The notes beneath the pieces are model-generated. The model was not told where the DNA came from. It did no database searches and worked only from the letters and a program-made list of their open reading frames with translations. From Hyphochytrium catenoides (Eukaryota > Protista > Hyphochytriomycota), in NCBI GenBank assembly GCA_900088475.1, contig FLMG01000261.1:1-64000 (forward strand): a stretch of DNA of 64,000 nt, in the 5' to 3' direction. Every line of letters begins with the position of its first letter. Position 1 is the first letter of the stretch. The translations under genes were made by a program, and so were the position numbers. Shown in pieces: positions 1 through 12,200 of the stretch.

Positions 1-615
1 GGAGCATCAATAAGACAGAGGAAGGACACAACTACCCCCGCCGGGTCCCTGCCCAAAGACATAATAGTTTGGCAATGGCCATTGCGGCGTGATCAAGCAG
101 AAAGTAGTGGGTCAGCAGCGACTGCACGATAGGACAACCTTTTTTCTTGTCCACTGTCATCAACAGACACTATTCCGTCCTGCGAGAACCAAAACGTTGC
201 CAGCACCCGAAACCAGGGATTATAGACCCTTCCGCGGCCATAGGGCAACTCATGCAGCACCTCCTGTCTGGTGGCTGCCACGACCTAAGCATGAGTTACC
301 ACTTGCTGATGAGGTCGAATGATTGCCGTGCAGCGCAGAGCAAGGAGAGATCTGCGCACACGCGGCGGGACTTCCCTCTGTTTGCGCGCTTCTTCAAGAC
401 GACGCGGCTCTTTCTGATTCAGTCCCAACCAGGGACTGTCATTGTAGAGCCAAGGCTATCCGTTAGCCGCTATTTTGGGCGTTTCATAAAGTCTCTGCTT
501 TCTCTGTCTCGATGGGCCAAGTCAATAGTTAACGTTAAACTCTACCACAAAATGTCTGTCGGGGTCTGTGAGGCTGTATCTCTTACTCACTCTGGCTTTT
601 CCACCATCGTCCGGC
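1..615 (-). CDS. Partial multi-exon gene of unknown function (runs off the left edge; 5' end unresolved)
   Basis: Exons join in frame through plausible splice sites (gctaacggatag| and ttag| acceptors): ..DGGKARVSKRYSLTDPDRHFV|PWLYNDSPWLGLNQKEPRRLEEARKQRE|VVAATRQEVLHELPYGRGRVYNPWFRVLATFWFSQDGIVSVDDSGQEKR|DPAGVVVSFLCLIDA.. No family recognised. Confidence 0.45.
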
Positions 616-1138
616 CTGTCTCAGCGCTGCTCCCTCCTCCTGCCTCTGGAGGAAGGACGGATGGAGAGGGAGGAGGGGAGGGAAGCGCAGCTACCAAGCT
701 GCTCGCTAGCCATCGAAGGCAGGGAAGAAGACTATCGGCGGAGGAGAAAGAGACAGCAGAAGAGGAGACAAGAGAGAGAGCAAGGAGAAGCAGAACGTGG
801 GCTGGAAGAAGAAGGAAGCTGACAGGAATGAAGGCGACGAGAAGCGGAGCTATTTTTTTGCATCGGGGCTGAGGCTGCAGCGTCCACCTGAGGACGACCT
901 AAGCGTTGCATGCCGCTAGCAGCAAGTAGGAGGAGAAAGAGAAGCTCCAAGAGTCCAACAGCGGCAAGGAAGGGCGATCATAATAGAAGCCTTGATTGAG
1001 GGCAAGCCGGCGGTGGGGATGGTGGCGGCAGTCCCCTCTCTCTTCTCCTTCCTCTGCTCAAAGGACTGCCGTGTGAGGGAGACCATCACCTGAGACCTAG
1101 GACCGTGACCGAGGTGAAGCAACGCCATCATCACCATC

Positions 1139-4100
1139 ATGGGTCTGCTGAACTGGAAGAGCAAGGTTATCTTGCCTGAGATCGATGAAAGGTAAGACGA
1201 TGAGAGCTTCTTCTCCCGCTGTTCTGAGCTTTGTGACTTTCTTTTATCTTTTTCTCTCCTTGCCCTGCACGTCTAACGGTCAAAGATCTCCCTGTCTCTG
1301 TGCTCTCTCTCTCTCTCTTGTCTCTGTACACTCTCACCCTTCTTTCTCCTTTATCTCCTTTCCATTCCTGTCTCCAGTTTGGGGTTCATTGTTCTTCAGG
1401 CTTTACTCTCTGTCCTCAGACTCTTTCGTCTCGATCTTGGTCAAGCCGTCCTCGACTACTTCTCTCTCTCACGCAAATGCTTTGCTTTGCCCACTCCTCC
1501 TTTTGCCTTCCAGAGTGGAGAATGTCCTCAAGCTTTATATGCGTAAGAAAGTCAAGACGTTCAGCAGTGCTTCTTGCGCCGCATCTCTCTCCTGTCCGAC
1601 CTTACCCACGACTCTTTCTCTGTCTCTCTGCCTCTCTTCTCGGTCGGTTTCTTTCCCTCTCTCTTGCGTCCATCCACTGACCATCGTCTTTGTAGTCTCT
1701 ACTGAGGATCTGGTGCACTTGTATAAGAGATTCTGCGAGTTTGACCGCGAGGTAAGGCACAGACGTTGACTCTACTGCTATGGCCTTTTTACCTCCTCCT
1801 TCAATGCCGTATGCACGATAACATCTCTTTCCTCTCTTTGGTTCTCTCTTTCTCCCTGGCTTTTCTCTGTCTTGTCCTGTCTCTACCTTCCCCGCCTCAC
1901 TCCCGCGTTCTCATTCTTTTATTTCTCACTCCCATTCTTTCTCTCTCTGTGCGTCTTTCTCTTTCTTGGTCTCTGCTCTCTCTCTCTCTCTCTCGTCAGT
2001 TTTCTTTCTCTCGTGTTATCTGTCACTCTTTTCTCCTCTCTTATCCTTCTAGAATCCTTCACCACTTACTCTTCAATCCGTTCCTACTCTTCTTCGAGAC
2101 GCATGAGGAGGGTGAATGACCCTATCCTTCGTCTCTTCCGCCTTTTCCCCTGCGGCACCATGCTAACACCATTCTTATTTTCTCTTTCTCTGTCTCTCTT
2201 CTCCCGTTCTCGCTGTCTCTCTTCTCCCGCTCTTTCTCTGTCTCTCTTCTCCTACTCTTTCTCTGTCTCTCTTCTCCCGCCCTTTCTCTGTCTCTCTTCT
2301 CCCGCTCTTCTCTCCCGCTCTCTGTGTCTCTGTATCTCTCTCTCTTCTATATGCAGTAAGTAAGAAGCGGAGAGATGGGTCTTTTTAGTTCCCTTTCCTC
2401 TGGCAGAGTTTCTAAAGGCGCTTTCGCTATCTTTCTTTTTTGTTGCTCTTCAGCAAGAGCGGGACGATAGAGGCAGACGAGTTCTATCTCAGCTTGGAAG
2501 AGAAGCCAAGCCCTTTTGGAGATGCGCTCTTCTCTCTTTTAGGTGACGCCAGGGCCACGCCTCCAGTCCCTTAGAAATAGAAGCTCCGCTATTATTCACT
2601 TATCCTCTTCCGTTTCCCCCTCTCTCTCTCACTCTCTATCTCTGTCTTAATGTCTCTCTCCTCTCTTTCTTCCCCGGCGTGTTGGCGCTTCTATCTTTTT
2701 CTTTCTTTCTTTCTTACTTGGAACTCAGGACCTTACATTCTTCTTCCCTTCTCCCATGCAGACGTGGACAACACCGGATCGGTGGATTTCTCAGAGTACA
2801 CGGTGACCGTCATGACATTCGGCATGTTTGGAGAGGAAGACGTGCTCAAGTGTGAGTATACAGGTTTCTGATCTCTCTCTCTCTCTCTTCCTCTCTCTCT
2901 GTCTCTCCTTCCCTGTCCCCCCAAAATGCTATGTCTTTCTCATCATCGCTGTAGGCTCCTCTCACCTCTAGCTTCTCTTTCGTCCTATGGCTCCGTCTCT
3001 CACACAGATACAACCTGATTCCTGTCCTTCTCTTCCAATTGGAGTCTCTCTGTCTCGTTCCTCTCACCTGCAAGCGACAGGGTAGCCCTTCTGGAGTTCT
3101 CTGTCTTGACCCCTGACTCTTCCTTGTTGTTCCAGCTCCGCTCATCATCTCGCTCAGCGTTTTATCGCCTGATGAAGAGAGACTTCGGCCAGATCCTCTC
3201 TCTCTCTCCTCTGTCTTCCAATCTCTAAACCTTGTTATCGTCACGTCACCCTGCTTCTCACTCTCCTTCTTCTCTATCAGCTTCGATCTGATACGTTCCT
3301 CCTCCCCTGTGGCCCTGCCTCTCTCCCTTTCCGTTCCACTTGCACTAGTCTGCTTTGGCATCTTCGATGCGGACAAGAGCGGGACCTTGGACCGCCTGGA
3401 GATAGAAAAGATCGTCGACCTGCTGCACGGAGATGAGAAGTTTGCCAATGCAAAAAAGGCTCTAGAGGCGATGGACGGCAACGGCGATGGTAAGGCTGAC
3501 TCTCTGCGGTCCTTCTCTCACTTCCAGTCTCCCAAAGCTGCCTGTGCTCCGTTTCTTCTTTCCCACTCTGCAACGTCAGTATCTTTCTTTTTTTCTCTTC
3601 ACCTCTCTCTGACTTCTCGTCTTTCTCTCTCTCTCTTTTTGTTACTTTCACTCGCTCTCCCTCGTACACTCTTTCATCCCTCTCTCTTGCTTGTTGGTTG
3701 GGTGCCTTACATCTCCGTGATGACCTTATCTTTCCCCTAGGACTCATTGACTTTGAGGAGTTCGTCGCCATCAACAAGCAGTTTCCTATGCTCTTCTATC
3801 CCGCATGTGAGCCCCCTCTTCCACTCCATCATTGCCACCCTCTCCCTCCTTCTCTCTCGTCGTGGTTTGTCTCTTGCTCTTCCATAGTCTATCCCAGGGA
3901 GAACCCTTCCGTCTCCAACACTAATGGACTTACCGGTGTCTTCGAACTATGTCCCACGGCTGACTCTCCCTCGTCCTCCCAGTCCGGCTGCAGCGGAATA
4001 TGTGGGTACGGCCTCTCTTTCGTATCACTCTCTGTCCTAAGCTCTTTCTCATCTCTCTCTCTCTCTTTGTGCGTCACGGTCTACGGCGCTCTACCTATCT

Positions 4101-4816
4101 AGAAAAACACCTTTGGAGAGAAGTGGTGGCAAGCCAAACACGAAGAGATGGAGGCGCTGAAGGCCTATCAGACGACAAAGGATGGCAGGTGCGAAAATCA
4201 GGGAAGAAACTTTCAGAAGACAAGGAAACAGAGAGGGAGAAAAAGGCAAGGAGGAATTGAGAGAGAGAAGAAAGATGCCTGTTGAGAAGAGAGACAGGAC
4301 CGTCTGCTTGGTCCCAGGAAGGGAATCAATGAGAGAGAAGAGAGAGGAGACGAGATTGGCTCAACAAGGTTCTTCTCCTCTCCTAAGAGCGAACAAAGCG
4401 CTTGAGAACCGTCGACTTGCGCTCCGGAGGAAGACAGTAAAAGAAAGAATGGGATGTTTCCTCTACTATTTCTGTTGCTGCCTGCGGCGCCCGTACTTCG
4501 GTAAGTGATGAGGTTCCTCTCCTCTTCTTCTTTACGTATCTTGGATGACTCATCTCAAGGGTGGTGCCCTTCCCTCTGCTTGCAGCAACCTATGACGCTG
4601 AGATGAAGGCCCGAGAGGACGAAGAAAAGGAGGAGAAGGAGGAAGAAAAGGCTCCGGAGCCGGAGGAGCGGAGAGAGCCTGAACCCCTGGCTCAGCGGGC
4701 TCCGGTAGGGCTCCACCCTCCTCTTGTCTCACTCACTCCGTTGATCCCCTCTCTTTAACCTTTCTCTTGTCGCTTCTCTCTGTCCCCTCTCCCTTCTAGG
4801 TTGTCCATCCCGTAAA
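1139..4816 (+). CDS. Calcineurin B-like / multi EF-hand calcium-binding protein (about 11-12 exons)
   Basis: Spliced reading MGLLNWKSKVILPEIDERVENVLKLYMLSTEDLVHLYKRFCEFDRE.. with EF loops DVDNTGSVDFSE, DADKSGTLDRLE and DGNGDGLIDFEE, followed by FPMLFYPA. C-terminal Cys cluster (GCFLYYFCCC) and acidic tail. GT-AG introns are CT-rich. Confidence 0.85.
2190..2330 (+). repeat. Intronic pyrimidine minisatellite (about 24-nt unit ctcttctcccgctctttctctgtc)
   Basis: About five imperfect tandem copies in an intron of the EF-hand gene. Confidence 0.7.
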
Positions 4817-5079
4817 GACTGTTCCACCACGGATGAGGTCGACAGCAGCTGAGCGACAAAAGAGAGCTCAGAAAAGGTCTACACTGCCGCCCCACTCTGA
4901 GATTCGGAAGAGGACTGACTTCCTCTGTCTTCCTCAATTGTTCAGGAGAGAGCAAGAAACAAGAGGACTGCCAGAGAGGCGGCATGTGGGTTACTAATAG
5001 CTAGAATGCAATACGAACGGAAGGAGGAGGACGCGGGTCGGCCAAGACTGGACAACGATAGGAGAGAAGAAATGCCTTT

Positions 5080-5493
5080 TTACATTGCGTTAAACTCAGA
5101 GGAGAATTGTTTCAGAGCCCCTGTGACAGCCTGGAAGAAGGGAGAGGACTGACGCTGCAGCTCTGCCTTCAGAGCTGCTCTAGTTTCCTCGCTGGGGCTA
5201 TCCTTAAAGGAGAGCTCGGTCTAGAGACAGAGACACACAGGAGACAGGGCATGAGTGCACAGCAAGTAAAGAAGACAGTGCTTGGTAGGTAGTGAGAGAT
5301 AACAAACGAGAGAACGCGAGGAGAGACATCTCCAGTACCTCGTAATCTCCGTCACTGTCATGACCAACATCTCTAAACTTTAGCAGCGCGGATCCCGCAG
5401 CGTCATCCACAGTGGCGACCTTAATACTGAAGCTAAGCTCATATAAATACCTGCAGCGCAAGGACAATAAGCCCAGGGTAGCAGAAGACGCGG

Positions 5494-5534
<41 letters not shown>

Positions 5535-8074
5535 NNNNNNNNNNNNNNNNNNNNNNNNNNNNNNNNNNNNNNNNNNNNNNTCTTCCTTCCCCTAATAACT
5601 GAAATATTGGCGTCTCCGGTGACATTCTTCACCTCCATAACCTTGACTGTCCCCGTTCTTATCTGTCGAGGGTACCGAAGGGCAAACCATGGACAAAGAG
5701 ACATGAGAAAGGGCACGAAGAGCGAGCTTCGAAGCAAAGGAAAAGAGCCATGAGATACAAAGTAGACAATGACTTAGAGGCCAAGAGCAGATCGAACGAG
5801 AGCAGCAAAATGCGCTTGCTTGCAGAGTGCGGGGGCCAATAATGAGAAGCCAAAATGGACTCAAATGATTCTTCTACTGCGGAGAAGCCAACCTGAGAAA
5901 GCAGCTCCTTCACTCGCCCTCTTGCCCACGCTGAAACGTCCTTCTCTTCATAGGTACCGCCTGTGTTCCACACTGATCCCACCTACTCGTGCGCCAGGCG
6001 ATAAGTCAGCGGAATAGATGACAACAAAGAGATCGGAAGGCACAGAGTGAGAAATAACAGCAATCTGAAGAATGGGTGGCTAGTAGGGACATATAAGGAG
6101 GGAAGAGGTGACAGTGCGCCAGAGCATAGACCAGAGGAGAGGCCGGATCCCCGCTATCCTGATGTGCGAAGACAGCTAGTAGATCACAAGAAAGATGGAA
6201 GACAGACAGCTGTTGCGCTCTCCCTAGCTCCTAACGATTTTCTCTTGCTTGCCCATAAAGTCTGCAAGGCTTACCGTGTCTTTGGCCTCCACCTTGGAGA
6301 GCTCTGCCTGGTCCACTTTCTTCGGCGCAATGTCGCCGATTAACTTCTTCGCCTCTTCGCTAAGTTCATTGTGGAAGTAGGTGGTCGTACGCCCATCAGC
6401 TAGCTTCTTATAGCCGCGGACGGCGGCCGCCTTGAGCTCTTCTTCTTCATCCACCTCCATCTTAGTTCCCTCGCTACGTTGCTCTTCCTTCGGCTTACTG
6501 TTGGTGCTGGATGAGACAGCGGACGGCCTAGATGGCTGCCGAGGCGTGGTCTTGTTGGAAGTTTGTCTGGGCGCCTGTGGGTGCCAATCAGTAGAAATAG
6601 GTAGAGAAAGAGAGAGAGATGCAGGGCGATTGTCGGATGGCAGAATCAGAAGATATTTGCCTATAGAGGAAGGCTATGGGAGTATCTATTGGGTGGCACA
6701 GGCCTAGAGGACGGAGCAAGAAAGCTCTCGCGGAGAGAGGGAAGAAGAAAGAATAGAAGCGGTTCTGTCGGGCAGGGACACCGATAGATCAAGACCAACA
6801 TCGAAAGAGATTGAAATATGATGGAACAGTGTCTTTACCTCTTCCTTCATCTTTTTGCTGAGCTCTCTCTCACTCTGTAACAGCTGCTGCACGGCCTTGT
6901 CATTGGGCTCCAGCGCCAGCGCTGCTTCCAGCGCCTCACAGGCCTCCCGGTGCCGCTTCAGCTTTGAGAGCGCTTGGCCCCGACGGAAGTGTCCCTGATG
7001 ATGACACAGGCATAGAAGCAATTGGCGTGAGATTGGACAGACAGAATAGCCTGAGCGTCAGCGACAATGACGGTAGAACGGGATGAAATGGCCAAGGAAG
7101 CATCACACAAGCTCTCAAGCTCGGCCTAGCGCATTAGAGGAGAAGGAGAGGTGATCCATGACTCTACGCAGCTCGATCGCTTCTCTCCCGTCCCTCCGTA
7201 TATCCTTACCTTGGCCCAAGACGGGCTTGCGGCTAGAGCTGAGTCAGCATCCTCTAACGCCTTCTCGAACTGGCCCATCATGCAGCGAGTGACCGAGCGG
7301 TTGCCCAGGACAGTCTGTTATATCATTAGAGCAGATAGTTCCGGGTTTGGCGGATGGTGAGTGAGGAAGGGAAAAAAAGCGAGGAAGAAATGACACAGGC
7401 ATAAAGACAAGACGAGGGGATAAGGAGAGGCTTTGACGTGCCCAGGAGGGGAGAGGTCGAGGAAAGTGAACGGTCGATGGAAAGAGGGACAGAGAGAGAG
7501 AGGAAAGGAAAGAGAGAAGAGGAAGAAGAGAAAGCTGGGAGACCTGAGTAGGAGAGCAGACGAAAACGATAGGATGAAGGGAGAAGAAAAAGCGAAGTCC
7601 TACATGCATGGCCGGATCCAGCTCTATGGCCCGAGAGTAGAGAATGTCAGCTTCTTCCAGGCGCCGGGCCTTGAAAGCAGCATTGCCCCGGTTCTTGATC
7701 TCGTCTGTCAGTGGTTAGACAGAGAAAGAGGTCAGCGAGAGAAATAGAGAGAGTAAAAGAGCGTAAGGAAAGATGCACAGCCAGAAGATGTGGTGCAAAA
7801 AGACTGCGGGAGACAAGGAGAGACGGGAACGAACTATCTCAGAAGAGAGAGAGAAAGAGCCAAAGTGGAGCAATAGTCCAGCGCAAGTGCAAGGACCGCC
7901 AGAGACAAATCGACAGAAAGAGAAGCAGGTGGCCAGGGGAGTATCGGGGCAGAGGTTAGACAGAGTCAAGCATGGAAGAGAAAAGCACGATCTACCTAGC
8001 AAACGCGCCTTCTCCTCGTCTGTCTGAGGGACAGCATCAAGTATGTCTCCGTGAGCCTGCCGAATCGGAATCAT
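5080..8074 (-). CDS. Hsp90 co-chaperone: N-terminal TPR domain fused to Aha1 N-terminal (activator of Hsp90 ATPase) domain
   Basis: TPR exons IKNRGNAAFKARRLEEADILYSRAIELDP, GNRSVTRCMMGQFEKALEDAD and GHFRRGQALSKL..LEPNDK; linker RGYKKLADGRTTTYFHNELSEEAKKLIG; Aha1_N-like SVWNTGGTYEEKDVSAWARGRVKELL, VTGDANISVIRGRK, YLYELSFSIK. Last exon ends QFSSEFNAM-TAA at 5080. Confidence 0.85.
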
Positions 8075-8130
8075 CGTGCTGCTGCCAATGGCGCCAATGC
8101 TGCGGGAAAGGTTGCAGAGTGACCAGAAGC

Positions 8131-8385
8131 CTATGGGAGTGGAGAGCACCTGATCTTGCGAAGTGACCGGCGGGGAAACTGTGGAGAGAGGTTGTTGACA
8201 AGAGATGGTGGTCGGAGAGATGCGAGATTGATAAAGAGAGGAAGAAGAGGCTAAGCGAAGAGAGCAAGAGAGAGTGCGAGAGACCAGAGAGAGTGAGAGA
8301 GAGAGAGAAAGAGAGAGAGGCAGAGAGAGACACAGAGAGAGAGAGGGAGCGAGGAAGGAGAGGGAGAGCGGAGAGGAGAGATAAG

Positions 8386-8417
<32 letters not shown>

Positions 8418-8810
8418 CTTATCATCGGCCACAGAAAGCTCTAGAAACCAACAGCAATCTATATTCTGGAAACTTTCGTGCCCCTATTACCTCTAACAAA
8501 TTCAAGGCAAAATTACAAATGCAAAATGGGTTGTAGTATTGAAGCTTTCCCGCGGTTCTGATCGTCGCCACTTCAAAAGGCTGTCCCCCACCTAAATCTC
8601 AGCTGGTTTCTCTCTCTCTCTCTCTCTCTGTCTCTCACACACATCTCTCTCTCTCTTTCTCTCTCTCTCTACTCTCTCTCTCTCTCTCTCTCTGCTTATC
8701 CTCTTCTTCTCATCGAGCTCGCATTTCTACGACCACCATCTCTTGTCAACCTGTTCGCGCAGGTTAACCCCCGGTCACTTCTGAAGATCAGGTGCTCTTC
8801 ACTCGCATAG
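8131..8810. repeat. Imperfect inverted repeat (arms 8131-8256 and 8694-8810) enclosing (AG)n and (CT)n tracts
   Basis: Left arm ctatgggagtggagagcacctgatcttgcgaagtgaccgg..gttgacaagagatggtggtcg..gaagaagaggctaagc is the reverse complement of gcttatcctcttcttc..cgaccaccatctcttgtcaac..ccggtcacttctgaagatcaggtgctcttcactcgcatag. Confidence 0.9.
8433..8478. promoter_or_regulatory. Possible degenerate heat-shock elements upstream of the Hsp90 co-chaperone
   Basis: GAAagCTCtaGAA (8434-8446) and TTCtgGAAacTTTC (8464-8477) each miss a three-unit nGAAn inverted array by one base. Their position fits the gene function. Confidence 0.3.
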
Positions 8811-9287
8811 TATCGGGTTCCTTTAGCCTCTCCTCTTATCTATAAGATTCTTCCACCTACCGGGAGCCAAACATTGTGCAACATCCGTGCGCTGACTGCT
8901 CAAGCACAGCTCCGGACCTTGGTCCAAGAATCCGGCCTGGCGGTATACGGCCGACATAGTGCTCAAACGTTAGGATGGAGCTCAGTAGTCGATGCCCTTC
9001 CTCTCGATATACTCTGCTCTTCTCTTTCAAAGTGTGGGATATCAAGTCAAGGAATGGAAGTGCGCGTCATTTTGATGAGATGACAGCGCGAGACACGCTT
9101 TGTGGCGCCCTACAGGGCCTCCCATATGGACGTTGTACGCCCACTGAGACGAGTAGACAGAGATTGAGTGAGACATTTTATTCGGGCGAGAGATGGACAG
9201 AAGAAGAAGGAGAGACAAGACGGTAGGGCGTTTGGAAAACCCTTTAGCAGCGAGTAGAGTGAATGTATGGGCGAGCCGGAGGAACTG

Positions 9288-12200
9288 CTACGAGCTTATG
9301 CCCTCTCTCATCATCTCATCCCGTAAGTTCTCATAGGACTCAAAACGGGCGCTAATCCAGTTCTTGTCCATGTCTGCATCCCTGGGCATCATCGGCTGCG
9401 GGTGGGACAGTACTTTCGCCATAACGAAGAGGACCTAGTAAAGGCAGCGACGAGAGTTAGAAAGAGGGAAGGCAGAAAGAGCGGGAGATAGGACCAAAAG
9501 CGTTCACGCTCCGTGTCCGAGAGGAGGGCGGGAAGTGCGTGGGCTTTAGCGTTACCAAGTCTTTAGATGACCAATAGCTGGAGTGCGCTGTCAATGCGCT
9601 CACTTGTTCCGTCATGGCCTCGAAGGCCGAGCTCTAGCGTAGGGAGACGAGCGTTACTGAGGCGATTTGGTGCCGCGAAAGCAAGGAAGAAGGAGGGAAG
9701 AACGAATCGGGGGGCTGCGAAAGGCAGTAGAGGGCGAGCAGCAGAAGGGGAAACCAAAGCAATGGCATGGACTAGCAAAAGGAAAGAAAGCTTAAGCCAT
9801 GGACCCGTAACAGACGTGAGACTGTCTCCGCACGGGACAAGGTTATCTCTAGAGAAGCCAGCTCCGTGAGGAATTACAAAGAAACGTGAGCAAGCAATGA
9901 CAGAGGCTTGGAGAGAAGAGTGGGAATAATACTATTGGCACCTGAAGATTATAATCGATTCTCTCTCCATTGTTCAGCTTCCCAAAGCTAATGCCTGAGC
10001 CCAGGCCATTAGAATTAAACGTAGCATGCGAAGCAAGGAGCCGCATTCAGTTGGAACAGCAGAAGAATAAGACAGATATTGCTCCGCCAGAAAGGAAGAG
10101 CACTGACAGCAGAGTTGAACGTATTGAAAGAGGCAGGACAAAGTCTAGTAGGTAGCAAGGCGCCAACGCAGAGTCTGGAAAGAAGCCATCAAGGGAAAAG
10201 ACAAAGCTGGCGGCACAGACTGACCAGTATCTCTTCCATCCTTGTCCTTTGAGCCTTCAGAGGGCTTGAGAAGGCTGGAGACCGACTGAAAGATGTTTGC
10301 TATTTCCTTCGTCTTAGTATCAATCTCAGTTACCACGTCCTGAACAACCTGGAGATCGAGGAAGGGCGCAGAGTCGTCACCAGAGATCTTGATATCCGTG
10401 CAAGTGACGCGCAGATGCTGTATCCATAGGAAGGAACTCTAGCGGGAACTAGAAGAGGAGATAGGGCGAGAAATAGCAGGCTCTTTAGAGAAACAATCCG
10501 GAACAGTTGACGACAGAGTGGAAGGAAACTGAAGAGAGCAAGAAGAACAGAGAGGGGAGAAATACCGAGGGTGAGGGACCCGGCGGAGGACGAGGATGAG
10601 AGAGGGAGCGGAGTAGAGCACGAGAGAGGGTCAATTTCAGAAAGGAAGGTAGATGTAGTCGTACATAGTGGATGCTATTCCAGCCTGTGTACGCCGGGAC
10701 CCTGGCAGGCGGAATGGACTTCAACTGACGATTAATAAGAGGTTCCAAACGATAAGCCTAGGGCATGCAGCAGCCCATGCACGACGTTAGTCTTGACATC
10801 AATTTAAAATAAGTTGGAAGCTGGACCAGAAAAGGGAAGAAGGCGACGACATCCGGGAAAGGGTCGTGGACAGCAGTAGAAGAGAGGCCACATCCGCGAG
10901 GTTATGTTTCTGCCCCCAAGGGAACTCTGGACAGTGGTGGTGAAAGTAGGGCTGACGGCGCTGGTACCTAGAGGAAAGGGGGAAAGGAGAAAAATTGGGG
11001 AGAAAGAGAGATGAAGACAGAACAGAGAAATAAGGGAGGAGAGCACGATTCGTACCACGGGATCGGCAGGATGAAAGATATTGTATACATGGCGGCAGTA
11101 ACGCAGCCTAGTGTCCTCATCCAAGGGCACTCCTCTCACTAGTTGAAACAGAGGGAGAGGAGAACCGACAAGGAACAGATTGTTCACAGAGAAGGCAAGG
11201 GAGCCAAAAGTAGTCCCGGAGCTCTTTTCTGTCTCCTCCCTCGTCTCCTTGATGGCCATCATCAAGCAGTCGAAAAGAATAACAGAGCCCAGGCTGTGCG
11301 CTAGGATGGACACACCGCCTTCATACTCTGGATTATATTTGCAATACCTAGAAGAGAATCGGAAACAAGTGAGATACGCGGAAAAGAGAGCGTCCAAGAG
11401 ACGGCTCAGGCAAGAGAAGATCCAGGCTTCTTGATCTAAGGATAACCAGACAGCACCCGTCCATGTTATGGAGGCATTATGAAGAAGATAGACAAAAAGA
11501 CAGAATCCAGCAAGGATCTAAGCGAAGAAAGGCAGGTGCCATTTTACCGCAGATAGTTGACGTTCATGGCTCCGACCACACAGTCCGCGATGATCTGCTT
11601 ATATTTAGGCGATGTGTAGAACAGCCTATAAGCACGAAGAGTTAGATGATGAGGCGCCAGCAGGCTGAACGTTGAACGCAGGGCGGCAAGGCAAATATGA
11701 CAGTCAAGCATCTCGCATCTAAGAGCTCAACGAAAGTCGGGACGTTTTGAGAGCGAGGCTAACGATGGCCCCCAAACACCTAAGGCATTTGAAAGAGCTG
11801 CAGACGTCTTCAGAGAATGACTCACACATCGGAGAGTACTTCATTTGCCAGGGTCCGGAAGAAAGGCAAAGATTCCAGAGTGATCGCCGTTATCGTGTCC
11901 TTCAACTCTTTCTGTTCGAATATTAAGGTAAGAATGGAGTAACGCGTTGAGAACCGCCAGTATGAAGGATAAAGAGAGCTAAGCGCGTTAGAGCAGGAGG
12001 AAACAGAGCAACCAGATAGTATGCAAATCGACAACCTTGACAGCTAAGAAGAGAAAAGAATAATGGAAGGGCAAGAGGCAGAAAGTGATAAGATCCAGGC
12101 GGGGAGTTGTCTGATGCGGGCTATGCGGTGCCTTCTCTCCGTTCTCACCTGGCTGTGGATGGAAACAGACCAGTCCACAGGAAGGAACTCAATCGTGCTA

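Noticed and set aside
1185-2363. Long L/S-rich and R/E-rich ORFs here and at other AG/CT tracts
   Set aside because: They are translations of microsatellite-rich introns and leaders that lack stop codons, not proteins.
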